A stretch of 64,000 nt of DNA from Desulfosudaceae bacterium (GTDB taxonomy: Bacteria > Desulfobacterota > Desulfobacteria > Desulfobacterales > Desulfosudaceae), in the NCBI GenBank assembly GCA_963674745.2, contig CAXXDV010000001.1, positions 192,001 to 256,000 on the forward strand. Reading direction: 5' to 3'. The translations under genes were made by a program, and so were the position numbers. Position 1 is the first letter of the stretch. Each line of letters begins with the position of its first letter. This document shows, piece by piece, positions 38,382 through 47,781 of the stretch. Under the pieces are notes generated by a model, which saw nothing but the letters and a program-made list of their open reading frames with translations, had not been told where the DNA came from and did no database searches.

Positions 38382-38634
38382 TCGCGCTTTTCCTGATTTG
38401 TTTACACCGGCCAGAAAATTATATTATACCTATATTTCCTTTATTTAACAAACAATTGGCGGATGCGATGAAGATTCAATTTTTGGGTTTTTAGGACCTG
38501 CTTCGCAGGAGTATCAGGTGTTTAAGTGATTATGTGTTTAAGTGGTTAAGTGGGCCGGGGTATTCGAAAAATTTTTCTTTAAAGACATAAACACTTAATC
38601 ACTTCTGCTTACAGCCTATGCTTTGGCAAACCGG

Positions 38635-40224
38635 TTACTTTGTTTCTAAGAGGCCATTATCACCCTGCTGATATTTTTTGCCGCAGGTCAGGCAGTCCAG
38701 GTTGTCGGTCAGGCGTTCGCCGCAGGCGCAGGCCCAGCCGATGCGTTGGGCCGGGTTGCCGACCATCAGGGCATGATCGGGTACGGTTTTGTTGATCACG
38801 GCCCCGGCGCCGACGAAGGCATAACTGCCGATGGTCACCCCGCAGACAATGGTGGCGTTGGCGCCGATGGTGGCGCCTTTCTTGACCAGGGTCGGGCGGA
38901 CCTGGTCCATTTTGCGGATTTCGGCCCGGGGGTTGTAAATATTGGTAAATACCATGGACGGGCCGCAGAACACCCCGTCTTCCAGGGTGACCCCTTTGTA
39001 AATCGAGACATTGTTCTGGATTTTGCACTGTTTGCCGATGGTCACATCCGGCCCGATGACCACATTCTGGCCGATATTGCAGTTGTCGCCGATGGTGGTA
39101 TCGGGCAGGACATGGGAGAAGTGCCAGATTTTTACGCCCCGACCGATGGAGACATGGTCATCAATGGCGGCGGTTTGGTGCGCGAAAAAGCCCCGGGCAG
39201 GGGCGTCGGCTGCGGCCCGGGTGTCATCGGTGGCCAAGGTGATACCACGCCCGTTTTCATCCATGGAGCGCTGTGCGGCTTTAAGTATTTGGAGTACGCG
39301 CAGGCCTTCAGACCCGTCTGTAACCGGTTGGCGGTTGTCGGCAATGCAGGTCAAAAAATGCCGGCATTCTTCTTTCAGGGGTTCGGCCTGCTCAATAATC
39401 GGTCGTTCCGGTTCACCTTTGACCGGCACGGGCATATTGTGCTCCCACCGGATCTGATGGGGGTACAACAACAGCTTATCTTCCCAGGGCAGGGTATCAT
39501 CAAACACGGCCATTTTTTGGTCTCCGACCACGACCAGTTTCTGCTCCTTGAAAGGATGCAGCCAGGACACGAAGATATGAGCGCGCAGGCCCGTGGGGAA
39601 GGCCATGTGAGTGGTGGTGACATCCGCGATTTTCTGGTGCAGGTAAAAGCCGCCGGTGGCGGAAACGGATTCCGGCATACTGCCGGCCAGGGTCAGGATC
39701 ATGGAAATGTCGTGGGGCGCAAAAGACCAGAGAATGTTTTCTTCCCTACGGATCTTGCCCAGGTTGAGACGCTGGGAGTAGATATAGTTGATTCGTCCCA
39801 GCTCACCTTTTTCCGCCAGTTCTTTTAACCGCACGAATACCGGGTGGAACTGAAGCAGGTGGCCGACCATGAGCACCCGCTTTTTTTCGGCCGCCAGGTC
39901 GATCAGTGCCTGGCCTTCTTTTTCGTCCAGCACGAGGGGTTTTTCCACATAGACGTGTTTGCCGGCCAGAAGCGCTTCTCTGGCCATGAGGTAGTGGGTC
40001 TCCGCAGGGGTGGCGATCACCACACCTTTGACCGCTTCGTTTGCCAGCACTTCGTTTAAGGCCAGGCAGGTTTCAACTTCCGGGTATTGTTTTTGAAAAT
40101 CGACCAGTACGTTTTCGTTGTGATCACAGATCAGGCGCAAGGCGCCAAGTTCGTTATAGTTGCGGACGAGGTTTTTGCCCCAGTAGCCGGAGCCTATTAC
40201 CGCAATTTTTTGGTTGTTGTTCAT
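38635..40224 (-). CDS. Gfo/Idh/MocA oxidoreductase (WbpB-like) fused to hexapeptide N-acetyltransferase (WbpD-like)
   Basis: GSGYWG, VEKP, HD; then [22 protein letters not shown] and a C-terminal CACG...CLTC. Confidence 0.88.
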   Translation of the reverse strand: MNNNQKIAVIGSGYWGKNLVRNYNELGALRLICDHNENVLVDFQKQYPEVETCLALNEVLANEAVKGVVIATPAETHYLMAREALLAGKHVYVEKPLVLDEKEGQALIDLAAEKKRVLMVGHLLQFHPVFVRLKELAEKGELGRINYIYSQRLNLGKIRREENILWSFAPHDISMILTLAGSMPESVSATGGFYLHQKIADVTTTHMAFPTGLRAHIFVSWLHPFKEQKLVVVGDQKMAVFDDTLPWEDKLLLYPHQIRWEHNMPVPVKGEPERPIIEQAEPLKEECRHFLTCIADNRQPVTDGSEGLRVLQILKAAQRSMDENGRGITLATDDTRAAADAPARGFFAHQTAAIDDHVSIGRGVKIWHFSHVLPDTTIGDNCNIGQNVVIGPDVTIGKQCKIQNNVSIYKGVTLEDGVFCGPSMVFTNIYNPRAEIRKMDQVRPTLVKKGATIGANATIVCGVTIGSYAFVGAGAVINKTVPDHALMVGNPAQRIGWACACGERLTDNLDCLTCGKKYQQGDNGLLETK

Positions 40225-40279
40225 AAAAGACCTTTAAGAATTATGTGGGTTTGCGAACTGTCTTAGCATTAAAGGCGGT

Positions 40280-40431
40280 GTGGTTATGTGTTTAAGTGGT
40301 TATGTGGTTATGTGGTTAAGTGGTTATGTGATTAAGTGGTTATGTGATTAAGTGGTTATGTGGTTAAGTGGTTAGGTGGTTAGGTGGTTAGGTGGTTATG
40401 TGGTTATGTGGTTATGTGTTTAAGTGGTTAG
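40280..40431. repeat. (GTGDTTAD)19 tandem octamer tract
   Basis: 19 in-phase 8-mers. Confidence 0.95.
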
Positions 40432-40443
40432 GGATCATGGACG

Positions 40444-40830
40444 TCACTTCTTTTTTGGGGTCTGCTGTGCTGATAGACGATTCTTAAGTGTGTTGGCGAT
40501 GGCCTGAAGGGTGGCAGAAATATGTTTCAATTCTGAGACCATTTCAGTAACGACCTTTTGATCCAGTAAGCCGATTTCGCCGGCGATGTAGAGCTGCGTT
40601 CTGAGTTCGGCGGCTGAGCCTTTGGCGATATGAATAAAACGTATGTATTCAAGCTTGGAGTTTCTTTCTGCGCCTTCGGCGATATTGCTTGGGATTGAAA
40701 CGGCGGAGCGGGTTAACTGGCTTTTTAGCCCATAGTCCCGGCAATTCTTAAGCTCTTTGTAGATTTTCACTGCCAGGCGGCAGGATTGTTTCCAGACCGC
40801 CAGGTTCTCGAATGATTTATACAATGGCAA
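40444..40830 (-). CDS. Four-helix-bundle protein (23S_rRNA_IVP, Avd-like fold)
   Basis: SFENLAVW, QLTRSAVSIPSNIAEG, IAKGSAAELRTQL. Confidence 0.9.
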   Translation of the reverse strand: MPLYKSFENLAVWKQSCRLAVKIYKELKNCRDYGLKSQLTRSAVSIPSNIAEGAERNSKLEYIRFIHIAKGSAAELRTQLYIAGEIGLLDQKVVTEMVSELKHISATLQAIANTLKNRLSAQQTPKKK

Positions 40831-40845
40831 ACCTCCATGTTTACC

Positions 40846-41122
40846 TTTTAGGGTTTTAGGGTTTTAAGCGACCCACCCGGGAATGGTCCGTTACCAAACA
40901 TATAAGTAACAATAGCCGTTTCGTGGCTTTAAAGGGTGATTATGTGTTTATGTGGTTAAGTGGTTAACATCCCGGTTGGTTCTGTTTCTGGATTCGCTCT
41001 AAAAGAAAATATGGTTTTGTTACTTAGAAGCGTCCCAACCGGGGCTGGCCCGGAGCCAAACCTATAAGTAACAATAACTTACAGTTTTGTTACCTATAAG
41101 GGTTCAGGGGTCAGGGGTCGGG
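40846..41122. repeat. Octamer and heptamer runs plus three modules of the second family
   Basis: Near-identical to 30751-30905. Confidence 0.8.
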
Positions 41123-42261
41123 TTCAAAAACCGGTCGTAGGCGTCAGGCGTAATAATGGCCGTTTGTGCTTTTGGGTACCCCTTTAGAAACGTTTTCGGG
41201 AACCCTGTTTTCTTTTTTTTAGGGTTCCACTTGAATTCATATGCATAGAGATCCGGCCCCTGTTCTTCAATATAATCAATTTCCTGTTGCTGCGTCGTGC
41301 GCCAGAAAAAAGCAGACGCGTGAATACCCCTGTTGTCTGTCATTTTGCGTCTTTCCGACACCAGGTAATTTTCCCACAAAGCGCCTGTATCCGTGCGGCC
41401 GGACAAACCGATAAAATTACCGATGACGGCATTGCGGATGCCGTTATCAAAAAAATATATTTTTTTACTTTTTTTAATTTCATTTCTTATGTTGCGGCTA
41501 TAAGCCGGAAGCGTGAAAAGGACAAATGCTTTTTCAAGCAAATCCACATAACGGGCCACTGTCTGGCTGTCGGCCCCGGTAAGTTGACCGATCTCGTTAA
41601 AAGAGACTTCGCTGCCAAGCTGGAGGGCAAGTGCTTTGACAATCTTTCCAAGAAGGGATGGTTTCTTGATGCCCTCGAGCATCAGTAAATCTTTGAACAG
41701 GTAGCTGTCCGCCAGGAGCCTGATGACTTCCTCCTCACGGCCGGGTGATGTGATAATCTCCGGATAGCTGCCATAGACAAGCCGATGTTCCAGGCATCGC
41801 CGCTCTTCGAGCAGGCCCTGATGGGCCGCCATTTCACCAAAGGAGACCGGAAGCAGGATAAATTCAAATTTCCGGCCTGTAAGCGGTTCGGCAATACTGG
41901 AATTAAGCTCAAAAGCCGAAGAACCGGTCGCGATTGCCTGCACTTCAGGGATCTCATCGGTTATCAGCTTCAAGGTAAGGCCGATATTGGTGATCCGCTG
42001 GGCTTCGTCAATGCAGACAATGCGGTTATCCCCGATAATTGTGCGCAGCCGGGTAGACGTCGCTTCACTCAGCAGGTCACGAACGTCCGGCTCATCAGCA
42101 TTCAGCAGCAGGTAGTCTTGCTTTGATTCCGCTAAAAGGGCCTTTATCAGCGTGGTTTTTCCTGACTGCCTGGGGCCGAGAAGGATGATCGCCTTACCCT
42201 GAAAAAGGCGTGAACTGATGCGATGCATCACTTCCCTGAATATGAAATTCTTTGATTTCAT
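41104..42261 (-). CDS. AAA_14 ATPase with DUF4143 domain, third paralog
   Basis: GPRQSGKT, IDEAQ, TGSS, KIYFFDNG, EIDYI...YEFK. Confidence 0.85.
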   Translation of the reverse strand: MKSKNFIFREVMHRISSRLFQGKAIILLGPRQSGKTTLIKALLAESKQDYLLLNADEPDVRDLLSEATSTRLRTIIGDNRIVCIDEAQRITNIGLTLKLITDEIPEVQAIATGSSAFELNSSIAEPLTGRKFEFILLPVSFGEMAAHQGLLEERRCLEHRLVYGSYPEIITSPGREEEVIRLLADSYLFKDLLMLEGIKKPSLLGKIVKALALQLGSEVSFNEIGQLTGADSQTVARYVDLLEKAFVLFTLPAYSRNIRNEIKKSKKIYFFDNGIRNAVIGNFIGLSGRTDTGALWENYLVSERRKMTDNRGIHASAFFWRTTQQQEIDYIEEQGPDLYAYEFKWNPKKKKTGFPKTFLKGYPKAQTAIITPDAYDRFLNPTPDP

Positions 42262-42483
42262 TCCGAAATAAATATAATATTTTTCGATTTAAATCAAGGA
42301 AAAATTTAAAATTGGCAGTTACGGGTTGCAGGTTTAGGCTTTAGATAGAGAAAAGCCTGGGTCCTTTAAGTGGAAGTGTTTAAGTGGTTATGTGTTTAAG
42401 TGGTTATGTGTTTAAGTGTTTAAGTGATTAGGTGGCCGGGGTTTTAGAGACGTTTTTCCATAAACACTTAAACACATAATCAC

Positions 42484-43706
42484 TTCTACTTACAGTCTCT
42501 GCTTTGGCATACCGATCATTATATTTAGATTATCTGCATACCGATAATCACGTAACCACTTAACCACTTCCCCTTATAACAGCTGCTTTAGCAATCCGAT
42601 ATTCAACTTTCTGTTACCTGCCCGCCGCCAACAACATAACCACTTAACCACTTCTTCTTACAGTCTCTGCTTTGGCATACCGATCATTATATTTAGATTA
42701 TCTGCAAATCGATAAGCACCTAACCACTTAACCACTTCCCCTTATAACAGCTGCTTTAGCAATCCGATATTCAACTTTCTGTTACCTGCCCGCCGACAAA
42801 AACATAACCACTTCTTCTTACAGTCTCTGCTTTGGCATACCGATAATCACGTAACCACTTAACCACTTCCCCTTATAACAGCTGCTTTAGCAATCCGATA
42901 TTCAACTTTCTGTTACCTGCCTGCCGCCAACAACATAACCACTTAACCACTTCTTCTTACAGTCTCTGCTTTGGCATACCGATCATTATATTTAGATTAT
43001 CTGCATACCGATAAGCACGTAACCACTTAACCACTTCCCCTTATAACAGCTGCTTTAGCAATCCGATATTCAACTTTCTGTTACCTGCCTGCCGCCAACA
43101 ACATAACCACTTAACCACTTCTTCTTACAGTCTCTGCTTTGGCATACCGATCATTATATTTAGATTATCTGCATACCGATAATCACGTAACCACTTAACC
43201 ACTTCCCCTTATAACAGCTGCTTTAGCAATCCGATATTCAACTTTCTGTTACCTGCCCGCCGACAAAAACATAACCACTTAACCACTTCTTCTTACAGTC
43301 TCTGCTTTGGCATACCGATCATTATATTTAGATTATCTGCATACCGATAATCACGTAACCACTTAACCACTTCCCCTTATAACAGCTGCTTTAGCAATCC
43401 GATATTCAACTTTCTGTTACCTGCCCGCCGACAAAAACATAACCACTTAACCACTTCTTCTTACAGTCTCTGCTTTGGCATACCGATCATTATATTTAGA
43501 TTATCTGCAAATCGATAAGCACCTAACCACTTAACCACTTCCCCTTATAGCAGCTGCTTTAGCAATCCGATATTCAACTTTCTGCTACCTGCCTGCCGAC
43601 AAAAACATAACCACTTAACCACTTCTTCTTACAGTCTCTGCTTTGGCATACCGATGTTTAATTTACTGTTGCTGACCTGCCGCCAACAACATAACCACTT
43701 AATCAC
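42484..43706. repeat. Non-coding tandem array of 15 monomers (nominally 84 bp) forming a 168-bp A/B higher-order repeat
   Basis: CAGTCTCTGCTTTGGCATACCGAT recurs at 42493, 42661, 42821, 42960, 43128, 43296, 43464, 43632. Confidence 0.95.
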
Positions 43707-43749
43707 TTTTGCGCTTGTAATGCTGAATGCCAAGCCCCAAAGCCTGAGT

Positions 43750-45450
43750 TTAACACCCCTCACATCCGCGCTTGATACTATCCTTAATCCGTTTGACGTG
43801 GCCGCGGCCGAGGCCGCGGACTTCGCAGTCCAGTTGAAAATAGCGGCGAATATCATCGTCGGAAAGCAGGTTGAAACAGTCGACCACGGCGATGGGGTTG
43901 CCGGCCATTTTTACGACATCGTCGGGCATCAGTTTCAGATAGAGTTCGTGCCGCACGGCCAGGACAACGGCGTCGACTCCTTTTAAGGCCGTGGCCAGGT
44001 CGGGTTCCATGCGCAGGTCCTGCAACCGTTCCTGGTTGCGGAAAAACCGGGCCAGGCTGGTGTCGGGAGACGGGTAGATATCCTGTTTCTCAAATTCCCA
44101 CCAGTGCTTTACATAGGGGTCATGGGCCCGGACATCGCCGCCCATTTCCACCAGCTTGCGCACCATGACTTCCGAGCCGCTGTAGCGGGTGTCGCCCACG
44201 TCTTCACGATAAGAAGCGCCGAGCACGGCGATTTTGGCGTTGGGCACGATTTTGCCCTGTTCACGCAGGGCGTCACGCACCATGCCGGCGGCACGCAGGG
44301 AGCGGGTGTCATTAATGTCGATGCTGACGGGCGTTATTTTAAAAAGGTCGTCTTCATATCCCATGAGCGTATGGTAGGCCCAGACGCCCAGTCCGCCGTC
44401 CTTGGGCAGGCAGTATCCGCCGATGCCCGGCCCGGGGAACAGCATGTTGTTGTGGGTCGGCCGGACCTTGATGGCTTTGACCACCTTGGTCATGTCAACA
44501 CCGTTGCGTTCACAGAAGACGCTCCATTCATCCATAAAGGCCAGGCTGGTCGCCCGGTAGGCGTTCTCCATGATCTTGCAGGTTTCGCTTTCAACGGGCC
44601 GGTCCAGAACGGTCAACGGAAATTTGTCCACGTTGAGCACCTGGGATAAAAAGGCGGTTACCTTTTCGCGGGCGGTTTCGTTTATACCGCTGCACACCCG
44701 CCAGAAATCACGGATAGACGCCACGTACTCACGACCGGGCATGACCCGTTCATAAGAATGGGCCAGCAACGGCTGTTTGTCACCCAGGCCGCGTTTTTCA
44801 AATTCGCGCTTGATAATGGGGTTGGCCACATATTCGGTGGTTCCCGGCGGAACCGTGGTCTCGATCAGGACCAGGCAGTCCGGGGGGATATGTTCGCCGA
44901 TCACTTTGAGGCTCTGCTCTAAGGCGGATATTTCGGCATAACCGTCACGCACGTTGCCGAAATCATTTTTATGATAATCGCACTGGACATCCACGACCAC
45001 CACATCGGCCAGTTCCAGGGCGGCATAAGAGAACGTGGCGGTCAGGGTTTTCTTCTCCAGAACACAGCGCTTGATCATGGGCGCCACTTCCGGGTCTTCT
45101 GCTTCCACCGGCGCCACGCCCCGGTTCAGGTAAGGGATCTTCCAGTACGAGCGCGGTGAAGGCCGCTGCATACCGATAACGAACTTGGCGGGGTGACCGG
45201 TTTTTTTATCCACGGAATCGGCCACCACCCCGGCCATGACAGCACCGACAAACCCGACACCCATCACGACCACGATTTCGTGGCCCTGGTCGCGGTGTTC
45301 TTTTACCAGGGTCTGAAGGCGCTTGTTCTCCTCGGCATAGTCGTTTTCATCGGGCAGGACAAAGCATTCGCCGTTGGGACAGAAGGAGTCGGTTTCGGAG
45401 GGGGCACGGGTACCCGCATTATCATTGTCCGGTCTTGTGGGAGAGGTCAT
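43750..45450 (-). CDS. Nucleotide-sugar 6-dehydrogenase (UDP-glucose/GDP-mannose dehydrogenase family)
   Basis: GVGFVG, ETTVPPGTT, ERVMPG, PGPGIGGYCLPKD, DTRYS. Confidence 0.9.
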   Translation of the reverse strand: MTSPTRPDNDNAGTRAPSETDSFCPNGECFVLPDENDYAEENKRLQTLVKEHRDQGHEIVVVMGVGFVGAVMAGVVADSVDKKTGHPAKFVIGMQRPSPRSYWKIPYLNRGVAPVEAEDPEVAPMIKRCVLEKKTLTATFSYAALELADVVVVDVQCDYHKNDFGNVRDGYAEISALEQSLKVIGEHIPPDCLVLIETTVPPGTTEYVANPIIKREFEKRGLGDKQPLLAHSYERVMPGREYVASIRDFWRVCSGINETAREKVTAFLSQVLNVDKFPLTVLDRPVESETCKIMENAYRATSLAFMDEWSVFCERNGVDMTKVVKAIKVRPTHNNMLFPGPGIGGYCLPKDGGLGVWAYHTLMGYEDDLFKITPVSIDINDTRSLRAAGMVRDALREQGKIVPNAKIAVLGASYREDVGDTRYSGSEVMVRKLVEMGGDVRAHDPYVKHWWEFEKQDIYPSPDTSLARFFRNQERLQDLRMEPDLATALKGVDAVVLAVRHELYLKLMPDDVVKMAGNPIAVVDCFNLLSDDDIRRYFQLDCEVRGLGRGHVKRIKDSIKRGCEGC

Positions 45451-45464
45451 CCTTACTCCTTAAG

Positions 45465-45990
45465 GCTAAGTGGTTAGGTGATTAAGTGCTAGTTGGTAAG
45501 CATATAGCATAAATTTAATAATCGGTTTGCCAAAGCTGGGGTTGTAAGTTGAAGTGATTAAGTGGTTAGGTGATTATGTGGTTATGTGGGCCCGTGTTTT
45601 CGAGCAGGTTGCCCCCTAAAGACCGATGCGATTAATCACCTCTTCCCAGGAACCCTGATTTGCCAACCCGTTGAAAAACATACATTTTCCTTTTTTATCG
45701 ACAAAAGCTTAAACACTTAAGCACATAACCACTTAATCACTTAATCACTTCTGTTTACTACCTCAATCTTGGCAGACCAATGCTTAACTTACTGTTACTG
45801 GCTCGCCGACAAAAACATAACCACTTAAACACATAACCACTTAATCACTTGTCCTTATAGCCTCTGCTATAGCATGCCGGCACTTCACTTCCTGACACCA
45901 GCCTCCCGACAAAGACCTAATCACATAAACACTTAATCACATAATCACTTCTACTTACAGCCTCAATCTTGGCAGACCGACGCATAGCTC
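45465..45990. repeat. Inverted and direct 69-bp modules separated by octamer runs
   Basis: Modules at 45485-45553 (minus), 45749-45817, 45849-45917 and 45949 (partial). Confidence 0.85.
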
Positions 45991-47004
45991 TTAATGATAG
46001 TAGGACTTATACCAGTCAACGAATCGTCCGATGCCGTCTTCGATGGTGGTGACGGGTTTAAAGCCAACGGCTTTGTAGAGGTCGTCAATATCCGCGCAGG
46101 TGGCGGGCACATCGCCGGGCTGCATATCCAGAAAATCTTTTTCCGCTGTTTTGCCCAGGTGTTTTTCCAATGCTTCAATAAACCGCATGAGTGTTACCGG
46201 CTGGTTATTGCCGATGTTATATATCCGGTAAGGCGCATAGGATGTGCCGGGATCCGGGTGCCGACCGGACCAGTCGGGATTCGGGTCGGGACTGGTTTTC
46301 ATAACCCGGACAACGCCCTCAATGATGTCGTCGACGTAGGTAAAGTCCCGCTGCATGTTGCCGTGGTTGAAAACCTGTATGGGCTTGTCGGCAAGAATGG
46401 CCTTTGTAAAAAGGAAAATCGCCATGTCCGGTCTTCCCCAGGGGCCGTAAACCGTGAAGAACCGCAGGCCGGTGGCCGGCAGGTTATATAGATGGCTGTA
46501 GGTGTGGGCCATCAGTTCGTTGGATTTCTTGGTGGCCGCGTACAGGGAAACCGGATGATCGACGTTGTCATGAACCGAAAAGGGCATGTTGGTGTTGGCC
46601 CCGTAAACCGAACTTGATGAGGCAAACACCAGGTGCCTGACATTAAAATGACGGCAGCATTCGAGCAGATTGACAAACCCGACCAGGTTGGATTCGACGT
46701 AGGCGTGGGGGTTTTTAAGGGAATACCGGACGCCGGCCTGAGCGGCCAGGTTGATCACGACCTCGATGGTGTGGGATTGAAACAGCGCTTCCAGGTCCGC
46801 TCGATGACTTAAATCAATTTTCTGAAATTCAAAATCATCAAACGATTCGAGTTGCTTTAAACGATCTTCTTTCAGGCTGACATCATAGTAGTCATTGAGA
46901 TTGTCTATGCCCACCACCGAATAGCCGTCGTTTAAAAGCCGGTGGGCCAGGTGGAAGCCGATGAACCCGGCTGCGCCGGTGATTAGGACGGACTTGAAGT
47001 TCAT
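45991..47004 (-). CDS. NAD-dependent epimerase, UDP-glucuronate 4-epimerase type
   Basis: [45 protein letters not shown]. Confidence 0.92.
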   Translation of the reverse strand: MNFKSVLITGAAGFIGFHLAHRLLNDGYSVVGIDNLNDYYDVSLKEDRLKQLESFDDFEFQKIDLSHRADLEALFQSHTIEVVINLAAQAGVRYSLKNPHAYVESNLVGFVNLLECCRHFNVRHLVFASSSSVYGANTNMPFSVHDNVDHPVSLYAATKKSNELMAHTYSHLYNLPATGLRFFTVYGPWGRPDMAIFLFTKAILADKPIQVFNHGNMQRDFTYVDDIIEGVVRVMKTSPDPNPDWSGRHPDPGTSYAPYRIYNIGNNQPVTLMRFIEALEKHLGKTAEKDFLDMQPGDVPATCADIDDLYKAVGFKPVTTIEDGIGRFVDWYKSYYH

Positions 47005-47059
47005 AATTTTAGCTTCGAGAATTTTTTTTGGGATTGGCGGTCAGGGGTTTTAAGGCTTT

Positions 47060-47515
47060 GTGTTTAAGTGTTTATGTGATTAAGTGTTTATGTGATTAGG
47101 TGGTTAAGTGATTAGGTGGTTAAGTGGTTAAGTGGTTAAGTGATTATGTGGTTATGTGGTTATGTGGTTAAGTTATGTGTGTCTGGGTATACGAGGGTGT
47201 TTTCGATAAAGGCATAAATTCATAATGATTTGTCCTTGTAATTTTTTCTACCAAACCCATGTTTTGCTTTCTGATAGCAACCTACCGATAAAAACATAAT
47301 CACGTAAACACTTAAACACATAACCACTTCTACTTACAGTTGCGACTTTGGCAAACCGACAATAGATTTTTCGTCATGGGCTTTCCGTTAAGCACATAAT
47401 CACATAATCACTTCAACTTAAAGCCTCTGCCCTGGCAGACCAATGCTTAACTTACTGTTACTGGCTCGCCGACAAAAACATAACCACTTAATCACTTAAA
47501 CACATAACCACCTAA
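47060..47515. repeat. (GTGDTTAD)14, then opposite-strand octamers and 69-bp modules at 47328 and 47412
   Basis: Read directly. Confidence 0.88.
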
Positions 47516-47781
47516 GCCCTATATCCAAAAATTAACTGATGACGACTTTTGGCTTTACGGCAAAATCAGGGCAATCGATCGGCCGGTATAAAGCTCCGCC
47601 CCTAAGGTTACATAGAATCGGATTCCCCCTTCGAACCCCTTGAAATTTAAACCTAATCATATTCTACAATCTGATTATTATACCAGCTAAACCCCTAAAA
47701 TTCAAGAAAATTGTGGTGTCCATGGCTTTATTCTTGACTCAAATCGGCAGGGTGCACATAATAAAAATTTAGGTTCAGGAT

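Noticed and set aside
38746..39828. 360-aa plus-strand ORF and similar antisense ORFs (e.g. 53905-54675, 55604-56308)
   Set aside because: Shadows of well-supported genes on the opposite strand, with no recognisable motifs
40444..40830. 23S rRNA intervening sequence
   Set aside because: The family name is historical; no rRNA sequence flanks the gene
30931..42261. Classical integron
   Set aside because: No IntI gene and I could not identify attC sites with RYYYAAC...GTTRRRY ends; IntegronFinder would settle this
42484..43706. CRISPR array
   Set aside because: The intervening segments are not unique spacers: they alternate A/B and are homologous to each other. No cas genes in the window
40280..43706. 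Diversity-generating retroelement (Avd-like gene plus repeats)
   Set aside because: No reverse transcriptase and no TR/VR pair; the adenines in TAA/TTA are the invariant positions
47005..47780. JUMPStart/ops element ahead of the glycan locus
   Set aside because: I found no GGCGGTAG match on the minus strand here and no RfaH/NusG paralogue in the window
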